The notes beneath the pieces are model-generated. The model did not search any database. It had not been told where the DNA came from and was given only the letters and a program-made list of their open reading frames with translations. Source: an uncultured Myxococcales bacterium (lineage in GTDB: Bacteria; Myxococcota_A; Polyangia; Palsa-1104; JAEUJZ01). From it: DNA of 64,000 bases. The stretch is from assembly GCA_964460115.1 (NCBI GenBank), contig CAYWPR010000001.1, forward strand, positions 120,829-184,828, given 5' to 3'. Positions 36,657-46,501 of the stretch are shown here, in pieces. Every line of letters starts with the position of its first letter. Within the stretch, counting starts at the first letter, position 1. The position numbers and the translations under genes are program-made.

Positions 36657-37949
36657 ATGACGACATCCCGTTACCCTTGCCAGGGCGGTGTACCGCCGAT
36701 GCAGCAGTCGCCGGAAAAGCCGGCGCGCCGGCCGGTGCAGGTGCGCCGAGTCGATGAATGCCAGACGCTCGATGAACTATTTCGCAGTTGTCTGCCGGCT
36801 TTTGGCGGCGGCTTTTTGCGCCGAATCTATTCGATTCTGGACGAGGCGATCGGGGCCGGTTGTCCGCTGACCTTGGCCATTGCCGGGCCGGTGACCGTTT
36901 CTGGCCAGCATCAGGCCTGGCTGCTGCCGCTTTTAGAGACCGGATGGGTCGCCTACCTAAGCACCACCGACGCGGTGTGCTATCACGACGGGCACCGGGC
37001 GCTTGACGAGCATCAGCAGGATCCCATCTACGAAGTGCCGATCTTCGGGGACGACGGGGCCTTGCGCGAAGCGGGCACGATTCGCGTGACCGACATGGGT
37101 TTTGATGAACAGGTGCTGCTCGATCAGGATCGCTTTCTGACCGCCTGCCTGCTGCGTCCGGAATTTCAGAAAAAAATGACCGGCACCGAGCTGCGCCATT
37201 TGCTGGGCGGCCGCTATGCCGCGCAAGAGCAAAAAAACGGCTCGGCCGCGGGCTTGCTCAGCACTTGCCAGCGCTTGGCTGTGCCGATCTTTGTCGGAGC
37301 TCCCGGTGACGGCAGCGTATTTTTAAACGCCATGAAGCTGTGGGCGATGCAAAAAGCCGGTCTTTTGCCAGAACATCGCTTCGAACTGGACTGCCAAGCC
37401 GAGGTGTTTGAGTCCTGCGCCTATCACTACTGGGGGCTGTTTGAAAACTCGGCGCGCAGCCTGGCGACGCTGATTCTAGGTGGCGGCGTGCCCAAAAACT
37501 ATAACCTGCAGCCCGAGCCGGCGCTGTCGCAAGTACTGGGTCTACAGGAAGTGCGCGGCTATATGTTTGACGTACAAATCGTCAGCGCACCGATTACCGA
37601 CGGCTCGCTGTCGTCCTGCCCGCCGGCCGAGGCGGTCACCTGGGGCAAGGTGGACAAAGACGTTTACCCGTACACCACGGAAAGCATGCAGGCCGACTAC
37701 TCGATGGTGATGCCGTTTTTGGTAAAAGCGCTGCTCGAAAACCGCGCGCGCTATGCCCGCTGGGCTGAAAAAATGGGCGAAGAAGCGCTGTATGCGCAGC
37801 ACCCCAAGGCGCGCGGCTATTTGCGATCTCAAGGCGGCTATAGGCTGTTCGAAAAGCGCGAAGAACTGACGCAAAAGCTGCTTGTGGCGGTGCGCAATAA
37901 TGCCGACTGGCTTTTGCCAACGCTGCGCTATCCGCTGGCTTCGGCCTAG
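36657..37949 (+). CDS. deoxyhypusine synthase (DHS)-like family protein
   Basis: LTLAIAGPVTVSGQHQAWLLPLLETGWVAYLSTTDAVCYHDGHRAL and VPIFVGAPGDGSVFLN resemble the DHS Rossmann/spermidine-site motifs. Assigned from remembered patterns only. Confidence 0.5.
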   Translation: MTTSRYPCQGGVPPMQQSPEKPARRPVQVRRVDECQTLDELFRSCLPAFGGGFLRRIYSILDEAIGAGCPLTLAIAGPVTVSGQHQAWLLPLLETGWVAYLSTTDAVCYHDGHRALDEHQQDPIYEVPIFGDDGALREAGTIRVTDMGFDEQVLLDQDRFLTACLLRPEFQKKMTGTELRHLLGGRYAAQEQKNGSAAGLLSTCQRLAVPIFVGAPGDGSVFLNAMKLWAMQKAGLLPEHRFELDCQAEVFESCAYHYWGLFENSARSLATLILGGGVPKNYNLQPEPALSQVLGLQEVRGYMFDVQIVSAPITDGSLSSCPPAEAVTWGKVDKDVYPYTTESMQADYSMVMPFLVKALLENRARYARWAEKMGEEALYAQHPKARGYLRSQGGYRLFEKREELTQKLLVAVRNNADWLLPTLRYPLASA

Positions 37950-37961
37950 GCCTTAAGTTTC

Positions 37962-38387
37962 GTGCGCATCGTCATTCTGGCCGTCGGCAAGTTGCGCGAT
38001 CCGTGGGTGGCCGCGGGTTGCGCCGAATATATGCAGCGCTTGCGCGTGCGGCTACCCGTCGAAATGGTCGAGCTGCGGCGAGAAAACGAACTGCTTTTGC
38101 GGCTGCCGCCGCGTTTTGCGTGCTGGGTGCTGGATGAAAAAGGGGCGCAGCCGAGCTCGCGCGAGCTTTCCACACGGCTTGGCCAAGCGATGCACAGCGG
38201 TCAAAAAGGCATTGCCTTGTGCATCGGCGGCCCGGACGGACTGCCGGCCGAGCTTGTAAAGCGCGCCGACTACCTGCTGTCTCTGTCGCGCTTGACGCTG
38301 CCGCATCGGCTGGCGCGGCTTTTGCTTTTGGAACAGCTTTACCGCGCCGCCTCAATTTTGGCCGGCGAACCTTATCACCGCGATTAA
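37962..38387 (+). CDS. rlmH: 23S rRNA (pseudouridine1915-N3)-methyltransferase RlmH (SPOUT)
   Basis: MRIVILAVGKLRDPWV...CIGGPDGL...SLSRLTLPHRLARLLLLEQLYRAASILAGEPYHR matches the YbeA/RlmH consensus. Confidence 0.9.
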   Translation: MRIVILAVGKLRDPWVAAGCAEYMQRLRVRLPVEMVELRRENELLLRLPPRFACWVLDEKGAQPSSRELSTRLGQAMHSGQKGIALCIGGPDGLPAELVKRADYLLSLSRLTLPHRLARLLLLEQLYRAASILAGEPYHRD

Positions 38388-38432
38388 GAGCGCCTAAAAA
38401 TACCGGCGACCGAGACGGTATTTTTAGGCGCT

Positions 38433-39719
38433 CTAAGCAGTTTCTGACTGCAAGCGCGCGAGGATTTCGGCGGCGCGCTCGGCGCAGATGTCTTTGCTCG
38501 CAGACAGCTCTGCGGCGACGCGATCGACAAGCTCGCCGGTGGCTCCGGCGGCCACCGCTACCGATCGAGAATGCAGCGACATATGGCCGCGCTGAATGCC
38601 CTCGGTGGCTAGCGCGCGCAGAGCAGCCAGATTGCTGGCCAGTCCCGCCGCAGCCATGATCATGCCCAGTTCGCCGGCGTTTTTGACGCCGAGGATGCGC
38701 AGGCTCAGCCGAGCGCCCGGATGCACGCGCAACGTCCCGCCCACCGTGCCGACCGCCAGCGGCAGCTCTATTTGGCCCCTCAGACTGCCGTCTTCGGTGC
38801 GCCGCCAAACCGCCAGCGGCCGGTAGACGCCGCTGCGCGCCGCGTAGGCATGCGCCCCGGCTTCGACTCCGCGCCAATCGTTGCCGGTGGCGATCACCAC
38901 CGGATCGATGCCATTGAGGATTCCTTTGTTGTGGGTCGCGGCGCGGTAGGGATCAAGCTCGGCAAAACGGCTGGCGGCAACGATTCCTGCCAAAACCTCT
39001 TGGCCGTTGTAGCCGCCTCCGCCCAAAAGCCCAGAAGAGATCTGACACCAAACGCGTACCCGTCGGCGATCCGCCAAGTTCGAAAGGATGCGCAGGCCCA
39101 CCTGAGCACGCGCAAGCGCCGCCAAGCGACCGGCCACGGCCTCGGCCATGGTGTTGACCAGGTTTGCGCCCATGGCGTTGCCGCAGTCGGCAATAATGTG
39201 CACCACCAGCATTCCTGGTTCCAGCACTCGCACTTCCAGTTCGCGCGCTCCGCCGCCGTGCCGTACAAGTCCTGGACAAGCGGCATTGCAGGTGGCCAAA
39301 AGCTCGGTTTGTGCTTCTACAATCGCGACACTGGCAGCCTCTATATCGGGCACGTTGCACAGTTGCACCTGCCCAAGCATCAGCGGCGGATCGGCTTCGG
39401 CATGAAAGCCGCCGCCCTCGCGCACCATGCGCGCGGCATTCGAGGCCGCGGCAATGACCGATGGCTCTTCGACGCACATCGGAACCAAATAATCGTGGCC
39501 GTTCACCTGAAAATTCAGGCCGAGGCCCAAAGGCAGCGTATAGGTGCCGATGACGTTTTCGACTATATGGTTGGCCGCGTCCACGCTCAGGCCGCCGGAA
39601 CACAGCCGCTCGCATTCTTCCGGGGTCAATCCGGCGCGCTGCAAAAGCTGGTGCCGCTCATCGAGCGTGAACCGATAGAAGCCGGGAATGCGTGAACTAT
39701 CGACGCGGGTGCTCTTCAT
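38433..39719 (-). CDS. mvaA: hydroxymethylglutaryl-CoA reductase, class II (428 aa)
   Basis: ENVIGTYTLPLGLGLNFQVNGHDYLVPMCVEEPSVIAAAS is the class II HMGR signature. 428 aa, as for P. mevalonii MvaA. Confidence 0.9.
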   Translation of the reverse strand: MKSTRVDSSRIPGFYRFTLDERHQLLQRAGLTPEECERLCSGGLSVDAANHIVENVIGTYTLPLGLGLNFQVNGHDYLVPMCVEEPSVIAAASNAARMVREGGGFHAEADPPLMLGQVQLCNVPDIEAASVAIVEAQTELLATCNAACPGLVRHGGGARELEVRVLEPGMLVVHIIADCGNAMGANLVNTMAEAVAGRLAALARAQVGLRILSNLADRRRVRVWCQISSGLLGGGGYNGQEVLAGIVAASRFAELDPYRAATHNKGILNGIDPVVIATGNDWRGVEAGAHAYAARSGVYRPLAVWRRTEDGSLRGQIELPLAVGTVGGTLRVHPGARLSLRILGVKNAGELGMIMAAAGLASNLAALRALATEGIQRGHMSLHSRSVAVAAGATGELVDRVAAELSASKDICAERAAEILARLQSETA

Positions 39720-39725
39720 GGGTTT

Positions 39726-40697
39726 TTACCGCGGGAAGCCGCCGACGTGGCATCCAGCCAAGCTAATCTGCAGAGGCAAAAGCTCGAGCTCGGCATACAC
39801 CGGACTGGAATTTGCGACAAGTCGCTGCTCCAGCGCCGCTGCTGCTTTGAGGTCGGGAAGAAACACAACCGCCAAGTCGCCGCCGCCAGCCCCCGACGGT
39901 TTGGCCACCCCTCCGACTTGTTTGGCAAGGTCGGCAATGGCCATATGCTCGGCGGTCAGCAATTCACAATTCAAAGCTTCCTGCAAAACGCGAAAAGCCG
40001 ACTGCGCTTCGGCGACCGCTTCCAGAATCTCGCCCGGCGCGGCCATGCGGCAGGCTTGCAGAAAGCGCTTTGCGGCTTGGCCCATGCGCGCCCGGCCCGA
40101 ATCAGCCGCTGCGCCGACGCTGCGATAGCGTTTGATAAGCGCCGCGGTCGAGGCACTGCGTCCGGTGGCAATAAAGCGCAGTTGCAACGGCGCAGGCAGT
40201 TGCAGCTCGTCTGGGCAATGGTCAAGGGCCGCGCCGCGGTTTTCCAAAGCGCGCAGCCCGCCAAAGGTCGATGCCAGCACATCGGCGCCGCTGCCTGGCT
40301 CGCCTTGCGCTATGTCGTGCGCGCGCCGCGCCGCCCGATGCAGCGCGATCAAGTGAGCCGCTGGCAAAAGATCGCGTCCAGCCGCGACAAAAAGCGCGCC
40401 GAGGGCGGCAACGGTCGCCGCGGCGCTGGAACCAAGCCCCAGTTTGCGTCCATTTGGCGCAAAAGCCGTGGTGTCCACAACCGGAACGGCGGACGGAGCA
40501 CTTGGGCCCAAACTCAAAAGCTCGATGCGCGCTTGCTCTAGAGCGGCGCGAATAAAATCAGACGCGGGGCTGGCGTTTTCATGAAGCTGCGCCACGGCGT
40601 AGCGATTCACCGCCGCGACGACTGCGGAGCTTCCGTCTAAAACCGCGTACTCGCCAATCAGCATGGCTTTGCCTGGGGCTAAAATCGCCAGGCTCAC
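39726..40697 (-). CDS. phosphomevalonate kinase (GHMP kinase)
   Basis: N-terminal APGKAMLIGEYAVLDG (PMK-type) and GHMP motif KLGLGSSAA. Confidence 0.8.
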   Translation of the reverse strand: MSLAILAPGKAMLIGEYAVLDGSSAVVAAVNRYAVAQLHENASPASDFIRAALEQARIELLSLGPSAPSAVPVVDTTAFAPNGRKLGLGSSAAATVAALGALFVAAGRDLLPAAHLIALHRAARRAHDIAQGEPGSGADVLASTFGGLRALENRGAALDHCPDELQLPAPLQLRFIATGRSASTAALIKRYRSVGAAADSGRARMGQAAKRFLQACRMAAPGEILEAVAEAQSAFRVLQEALNCELLTAEHMAIADLAKQVGGVAKPSGAGGGDLAVVFLPDLKAAAALEQRLVANSSPVYAELELLPLQISLAGCHVGGFPR

Positions 40698-41719
40698 GAC
40701 AACGCCTCTTTGCCATCGCTCAAAATCTTCGCGCCGCTGCCTGGACGCGCAACGATCGTACGCAAAACCCCAGGAAGCGCGGCCAGCGCCGCGGCCACAG
40801 CATCGGCATCGGCGGCGGTCGTCAGGGCTTTGGGATGCGGTCCGGCATCGCAGGTAAAAAAAGCGCCGATTCCACGCCGGCGCAAGGCCCGTAGGGTGTG
40901 CAGTCCTTCCAGGGTGGCGCCGCGCAAGTACACAACGCCCGGATCAGCAGCCAGGGCCGAAGCGTGCATGCGCAGGGCGCTGCGCTCGGCCACAAGACCC
41001 AGGCGTTCCAAATCGCGTGCCTTTACAGCGGCTATCGCCTCCGCCAAATCGGCGGGAGCGGCCGCGACAAAAGACGCATAGTAGGGCGAAGTGGCCGCGG
41101 TGTGGCGCATTCCATCTGTAGAGGCCGTTTCCTTGGCCTGCTCGGTAGCCACGCCGATGACCAGGCGCAAATCCGACCAGTCATCGGCGGCGCACATCGG
41201 AACGGCGCGCGCCGAGTCCACTTGGCCGGGCGTGCCGGTGCCAAGGACGACCAGTCCGCCATACAGCGAACGGGCGGCCGAACCCGAGCCCTGCCGCGCC
41301 CAGATCGAAAGCCGGCAGCGCCAAGGCTCATCAAGCTGCCAACCCGGCGCTTGCAAAGCTGCGGTAGCGGCTACGGTAAGCGCCGCAAATGCCGAGGCCG
41401 AAGATGCCAGCCCAGCCGCCGTGGGGAAATTATTGTGGCTGCGTACTTCGGCGGGCAAGCGCGCCGGGATGGCCAAGGCGTGCGCAATGCGATCGAGGTG
41501 ACGCGACACTTTTCGCAGCGATTCGCCGTTTTGCGCCGTGCCGTTTAAGAAAAATCGATCGGCCAAAAGCGCACTGTCGAATGAAACTTCGGTGCGCGTG
41601 CGCAGTCCATCGAGCGTCAGCGACAAGCTAGGAACCGCCGGCAGATTTAGCGCCTCGTCATTTTTGCCCCAGTATTTGACCAGGGCAATGTTGGTGTTGG
41701 CTTCGGCGGCGGATTTCAT
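40694..41719 (-). CDS. mvaD: diphosphomevalonate decarboxylase
   Basis: NIALVKYWGKNDEALNLPAVPSLSLTL and the GLASSAS GHMP motif. Confidence 0.9.
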   Translation of the reverse strand: MKSAAEANTNIALVKYWGKNDEALNLPAVPSLSLTLDGLRTRTEVSFDSALLADRFFLNGTAQNGESLRKVSRHLDRIAHALAIPARLPAEVRSHNNFPTAAGLASSASAFAALTVAATAALQAPGWQLDEPWRCRLSIWARQGSGSAARSLYGGLVVLGTGTPGQVDSARAVPMCAADDWSDLRLVIGVATEQAKETASTDGMRHTAATSPYYASFVAAAPADLAEAIAAVKARDLERLGLVAERSALRMHASALAADPGVVYLRGATLEGLHTLRALRRRGIGAFFTCDAGPHPKALTTAADADAVAAALAALPGVLRTIVARPGSGAKILSDGKEALS

Positions 41720-42717
41720 CTGGTTCCTATTTGCACTTTGAAGCTTTGGTAGCCGGCTTTTTGCCAGGCCGCTTGGACCGCGGCTTCATTTTCAGGGGCC
41801 AGCGCGACCACACAGCCACCGCCGCCCCCGCCCGTCAGCTTGGCGCCAAGTGCGCCAGCGTCTCGCGCCAAGGCACACATGTGTTCGATCTCGAGACAGG
41901 AGACCTCCAGCGCCAAAAGCTCGGCCTGATTGCCGTTCATGGCGCTTCCCAGGGCGTAAAGGTCTCCGCAGCGCAGCGCCAAGGCGGCTTGTTCGACAAG
42001 CTCGGCAATGCGTGAAAAGCGCGCGGTCGTGCCCGCTTTGTCCTGCTTTTGCAGAAGCGCGACGTGCGCCACGCGGCCCTTGGTGTCGCGAACGCGTCCG
42101 GTGTGCCCGACCAGCACGGAAAGCGGCAGGAGGCTTTGCGGCACTTCTAGAAGTGGGGTCAAGCCGTGGCCGCGACGAAAAAGTCCAAAACCGCCGTGCT
42201 GCGCCAGGGCTTGATCCAGACCGGAAGATTGGCCGTGAAAAATCTGCTCGGCGGCAAAGACCGCGGCGTCTACCTGCTGCGAATGTAGATTCAGGTTCAG
42301 CGCCTGATTCAGGCAGCGCACCACGGCAACCGCCAGGGCCGCCGAACTGCCGAGCCCGGCACCAGTGGGAATGGCAAAGTGGACGATCAAATCGTAGGGC
42401 AAAAAAAACCGCTCTTGCGCACAGCCGGCCAAAAGCGAGCGCAAAATGGCTTGGTACGCAGCAGACAGTGGGCTATCCGCTGCGGCGGAGGCGTCAAGCA
42501 GTTCAGTGGCCGTGGCCGTGGCCACCTGCCAAGCCGGTACGCACAGGCGCCCAGCTCCGCGTACAGCCTGCACCGTGGCGCCGCGTTCCAAAGCCCCACA
42601 CAAAGCGGCTACGCCGTACACCACGGCATGTTCGCCAAGCAAGATGACCTTGCCGCAGGCGGTAGACTCCGCAACGATCTGTTGCGGTAGATCCTCAAGC
42701 GCAAGGGGGTTCATCAA
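41716..42717 (-). CDS. mvk: mevalonate kinase
   Basis: GKVILLGEHAVVYG and PTGAGLGSSAA GHMP motifs. Confidence 0.9.
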   Translation of the reverse strand: MMNPLALEDLPQQIVAESTACGKVILLGEHAVVYGVAALCGALERGATVQAVRGAGRLCVPAWQVATATATELLDASAAADSPLSAAYQAILRSLLAGCAQERFFLPYDLIVHFAIPTGAGLGSSAALAVAVVRCLNQALNLNLHSQQVDAAVFAAEQIFHGQSSGLDQALAQHGGFGLFRRGHGLTPLLEVPQSLLPLSVLVGHTGRVRDTKGRVAHVALLQKQDKAGTTARFSRIAELVEQAALALRCGDLYALGSAMNGNQAELLALEVSCLEIEHMCALARDAGALGAKLTGGGGGGCVVALAPENEAAVQAAWQKAGYQSFKVQIGTR

Positions 42718-43814
42718 AACGCACGATCCTGGCGTGCTTCTTCCAGCCAGGCCCGCAGCGCTTGGCCCAGCACGCGCGGCGCATAACGCAGCTCTTGGGA
42801 GCTGCGGCAGCCGGCCAAAAAGGTGATGGCGCGCAAGGTTTCAATGACTTGGGTCAAAAAGCGAATGACGCCATCGTAACCGCCGGACTTATGGGCGCGC
42901 AGCACCGGTGCTGCCAAGCCGCCGGCCGTGGCCCCGAGCGCCAGCGCATTTGCCACATCGGTGCCGCTGCGCAAACCGCCCGTTGCAATAATGGTCAGAT
43001 CGAGGTCGGCAAGCAGCCCAATCGATGCCGCCGTCGGAATGCCCCAATCCCAAAGTTCGTCGCCAAGCAGCTTGGCTGGACCTTCGGCGCGTTTGGTCTC
43101 GACGCCGACCCAGGAAGTGCCGCCGGCGCCGCTGACATCGACAGCATGTATGCCCAGGGAAGAAACCAGCTTGCCGACCCGGCGCGACAGGCCGCATCCG
43201 GTCTCTTTGACGACAATGGGCACGCCAAGCTCGCCGTGAAGCTGCGCCAGGGTTTCGCGCCCATGCCGAAAATCGCGATCGCCGCCCGGCTGTATCAGCT
43301 CCATCGCTGGATTTAAATGTACACACAGCGCATCGGCGCCGACCGCCTGCACCAATTGGCGCAGTTCGGCGGTACGCATATCGCGCGCTTGCACCAGGCC
43401 AATGTTGCCTAGAAGTAGCGCTGTCGGTGCAACATCGCGTACCTCGTAAGTGCGTGCACTTTCGGGTCGCACAAGCATGGCCCGCTGTGAACCCAAGCCA
43501 AAGCCAATGCCCAGCGTCTCGGCAGCACGCGCCAGATCGCGATTTATGGACTGTGCTTCATCGGTACCGCCGGTCATTCCGCTAATCACAAGCGGTGCCT
43601 GCAGCACTTTGCCCAAAAGCGGGGTTTGCAGATCGACATCGTCATAATGGCGATCGGGCAGCGCATCGTGGACAAGCTGTACTTGATCAAGGAGCGTGCC
43701 CTTGCCGCGAAACTCGGCTTCACCCGTCGAGCAAAGTGCAATGTGGTCGGATTTGCGTTGGCTAATCAGCGCCGGCGCCGCTGCCGGCACTGATATTGGT
43801 TGCGAATCGTCCAT
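42714..43814 (-). CDS. fni: isopentenyl-diphosphate delta-isomerase, type 2 (FMN-dependent)
   Basis: RKSDHIALC, the VKETGCGLS TIM-barrel motif and GAGGTSWVGVE. Confidence 0.9.
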   Translation of the reverse strand: MDDSQPISVPAAAPALISQRKSDHIALCSTGEAEFRGKGTLLDQVQLVHDALPDRHYDDVDLQTPLLGKVLQAPLVISGMTGGTDEAQSINRDLARAAETLGIGFGLGSQRAMLVRPESARTYEVRDVAPTALLLGNIGLVQARDMRTAELRQLVQAVGADALCVHLNPAMELIQPGGDRDFRHGRETLAQLHGELGVPIVVKETGCGLSRRVGKLVSSLGIHAVDVSGAGGTSWVGVETKRAEGPAKLLGDELWDWGIPTAASIGLLADLDLTIIATGGLRSGTDVANALALGATAGGLAAPVLRAHKSGGYDGVIRFLTQVIETLRAITFLAGCRSSQELRYAPRVLGQALRAWLEEARQDRAF

Positions 43815-43997
43815 GCTTTCGCCTCAAAGCAGACCGCGCTCAGACGACGCGGAGAAGAAGAGCCATGGCGGCCGTGCCATCCCGCAAAGGCCATTTCGCC
43901 ACGGGCGCTAAAGGTTTGCCGACGTGCCTACATGCACGACGACAGCCGCTCATGCCTTCCTCAAAGACTGCGCATACAGGGATTTCAGAATCACGTA

Positions 43998-44816
43998 TTA
44001 AACGTAGTCTAAAACCATATGTTCGTAGTGGCGATAGATTCGCCAGCCGACAAGGACGACGAGCAAAGTCGGCACAACGATGCCCAGCCAGCCAAGCAAA
44101 GAGGGAACCTGGCCCTGCATGACCGCCCGCCTTACCGCAAACAAAATGCCGGCCAAGGGACTGCACTGCAGGATGGTACGAAACGGATAGGGAATCACGT
44201 CGATGGGGTAGACGAGCGGCGTCAGCCAATACAGCAAAAGCAGGGCGGTGTTTACCAAATAGGCGACGTCTCGATAAATCACGTTGAGCACTGAAGTCGC
44301 AAGAGCGATGCCGCCTATCAAAAGCAGCAGCAGGGCGAGCAGGATCGGAATGATCAAAAGCGCCGGCGTGACGCGAAAAGCGCCGGGAAAGATCGGGATG
44401 AAAATCAACAGCGCCAGCGATTCGATGCAGAAGTTGATGCCGTAGCTTAAGACGGTGGACATCGGCAAAAGCTGGCGCAAAAAAATCGTACGTTTAATGA
44501 TGTCGGCGTTGTTCACAAAGACGGTGGTGGCCGCATTGACGCTGGCGGTGAACCACTGCCACAGCAAAAGCCCAATCAGCAAAAAAACCGGAAAGTAGCG
44601 CTCGGTCGAGCGAAAAAGATGGGTAAACACCAAACTGATGATGCCCATCATCACCAGCGGATTGAGCAAACTCCACAAAAGGCCAAGCGCCTGCGAACGG
44701 TAGCGCGCGCGAAAATCGGTGCGAGTCAGCACCCACAGCACGTGCAGCGCATTTTGTGACGGCTCGGCGCGAAACGATCGCTTGCCTGTTGTGATCTCTT
44801 CCTCGGGCTCGAACAT
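43998..44816 (-). CDS. ABC-2 type transporter permease (Wzm/KpsM/TagG-like), no adjacent ATPase; ORF track extends to 45014
   Basis: Six TM helices with the ABC-2 signature region YRSQALGLLWSLLNPLVMMGIISLVF. The N-terminal extension beyond the Met at 44816 is hydrophilic and non-conserved. Confidence 0.7.
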   Translation of the reverse strand: MFEPEEEITTGKRSFRAEPSQNALHVLWVLTRTDFRARYRSQALGLLWSLLNPLVMMGIISLVFTHLFRSTERYFPVFLLIGLLLWQWFTASVNAATTVFVNNADIIKRTIFLRQLLPMSTVLSYGINFCIESLALLIFIPIFPGAFRVTPALLIIPILLALLLLLIGGIALATSVLNVIYRDVAYLVNTALLLLYWLTPLVYPIDVIPYPFRTILQCSPLAGILFAVRRAVMQGQVPSLLGWLGIVVPTLLVVLVGWRIYRHYEHMVLDYV

Positions 44817-45076
44817 CGACAATGCCGCGGCATCGGCCGGCGCAAAACCTTTGGCATCGCCGAGCGGTCCAACAAAGATGCGCGAAGCGGTGCGATGGGT
44901 AAAATGCGCGGGAAGCGGATGCCGCAAAGACGGTGCCGCGGGCGCAGCCTCTGGCGATTCGAGTGTCAAAGGTGCTCCTGTCGATTCAGAAATAAGCGCA
45001 GGCACTATAGCCAAGGAGTTCTGGCGTTACCAGGGCTTGCTTCGCGCCGGGGGATGTCCTAGCCTGTGGCGCTAAG

Positions 45077-46387
45077 ATGGCAAACGTTGTGATCGTCGGC
45101 GCGCAGTGGGGTGATGAGGGCAAGGGAAAGGTCGTAGATTTGTATACCGAGTTCGCCGACGTGGTGGTCCGCTTCGGCGGTGGCGCCAACGCCGGGCATA
45201 CGCTGGTGGTGGGCGGCGAAAAACTGGTCACGCACCTTATCCCTTCTGGGGTGCTTCGTGGACGCGGCAAGCGCTGCGTTCTGGGCGATGGCATGGTCAT
45301 CGACCCGGCGACCCTTTTGGACGAACTGCGCGAATTGCGGCAGCGCGGCCTTTTGACGGATGATCGCGATCTGGTGGTTGGGCAGCGCGCTCACGTCATT
45401 TTGCCGCACCATAAAGAAATCGATCGGCTGCGCGAAGAAGGCAAAGGAGCGATCGGCACCACGCGGCGCGGCATTGGTCCGGCCTACGAAACCAAGATGG
45501 CGCGGCGGGGCGTACGCATGCGCGATCTTTTATATCCCGATCGGCTGCGCGAACACGTTGTTCACCAAATTGAAGATTGGCTGCCGGTGCTCACCCACCT
45601 TGGAGGAAAAGCCCCCGATGTCGATGAGGTGATTCGGCAATATCTGGAATACGGCAAGGCCTTGGCCCCCTACATTCAAGATGCAACGCGGCTTCTTGCC
45701 GATGAGCTGAAGCGCGGTCAAAACGTACTATTTGAAGGGGCGCAAGGGGCGCTTTTAGATATCGATCACGGAACCTACCCCTACGTCACTTCATCGACCA
45801 CTTTGGCCGGCGGGGCTTGCACCAGTTGCGGCGTCGGACCGATGGCCATCACCGGGGTGGTCGGCATTGCCAAGGCCTATACCACTCGCGTTGGGGCTGG
45901 TCCTTTTCCGACCGAAATCACCGGAGAGGCCGGCGCAGCCTTGCGCACCGCCGGGGCCGAATTTGGCGCCACCACCGGCCGGCCGCGGCGCTGCGGCTGG
46001 CTGGACATCGCCGGGTTGCGGCTGGCGACCCGCTGGAACGGCCTGTCCAGTCTGGCGCTGACCAAGCTCGATGTACTTTCGGGGCAAAAACGCATCAAAG
46101 TCTGCGTGGGCTATCGCTTGCAGCCGCAACCCGGCGGCAGCGGAGTGGTTGAAACCCGCGATGAGATGCCTACCGATCCCGATGAGCTTTCGCGGGCCAC
46201 GCCCGCCTACGAAGAACTGGAAGGTTGGTCCGCGGATTTGGGCCAAATGCGCGAGGTCGAAGACCTACCGCCACCAGCGCGCCGCTATGTGCGCCGCATC
46301 GAAACGCTTTTGGGCATCGATTGCTGTTTAATATCTGTAGGCCCGGGGCGCACTGAAACCATCATGCTCAAAAACCCCTTCCGCTAG
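45077..46387 (+). CDS. purA: adenylosuccinate synthetase
   Basis: VIVGAQWGDEGKGKVVD P-loop and GGGANAGHT. Confidence 0.95.
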   Translation: MANVVIVGAQWGDEGKGKVVDLYTEFADVVVRFGGGANAGHTLVVGGEKLVTHLIPSGVLRGRGKRCVLGDGMVIDPATLLDELRELRQRGLLTDDRDLVVGQRAHVILPHHKEIDRLREEGKGAIGTTRRGIGPAYETKMARRGVRMRDLLYPDRLREHVVHQIEDWLPVLTHLGGKAPDVDEVIRQYLEYGKALAPYIQDATRLLADELKRGQNVLFEGAQGALLDIDHGTYPYVTSSTTLAGGACTSCGVGPMAITGVVGIAKAYTTRVGAGPFPTEITGEAGAALRTAGAEFGATTGRPRRCGWLDIAGLRLATRWNGLSSLALTKLDVLSGQKRIKVCVGYRLQPQPGGSGVVETRDEMPTDPDELSRATPAYEELEGWSADLGQMREVEDLPPPARRYVRRIETLLGIDCCLISVGPGRTETIMLKNPFR

Positions 46388-46501
46388 TGGGTTCCGATTT
46401 GGGTTTCTGGATCGGCGCCGGATTGCTCAAACAGCCTCTTGGCTTGCGGGCGGGATGGAGCTTCGTATAAGCTGAGCTCACGCAGAGGGGAATATTCGGA
46501 C

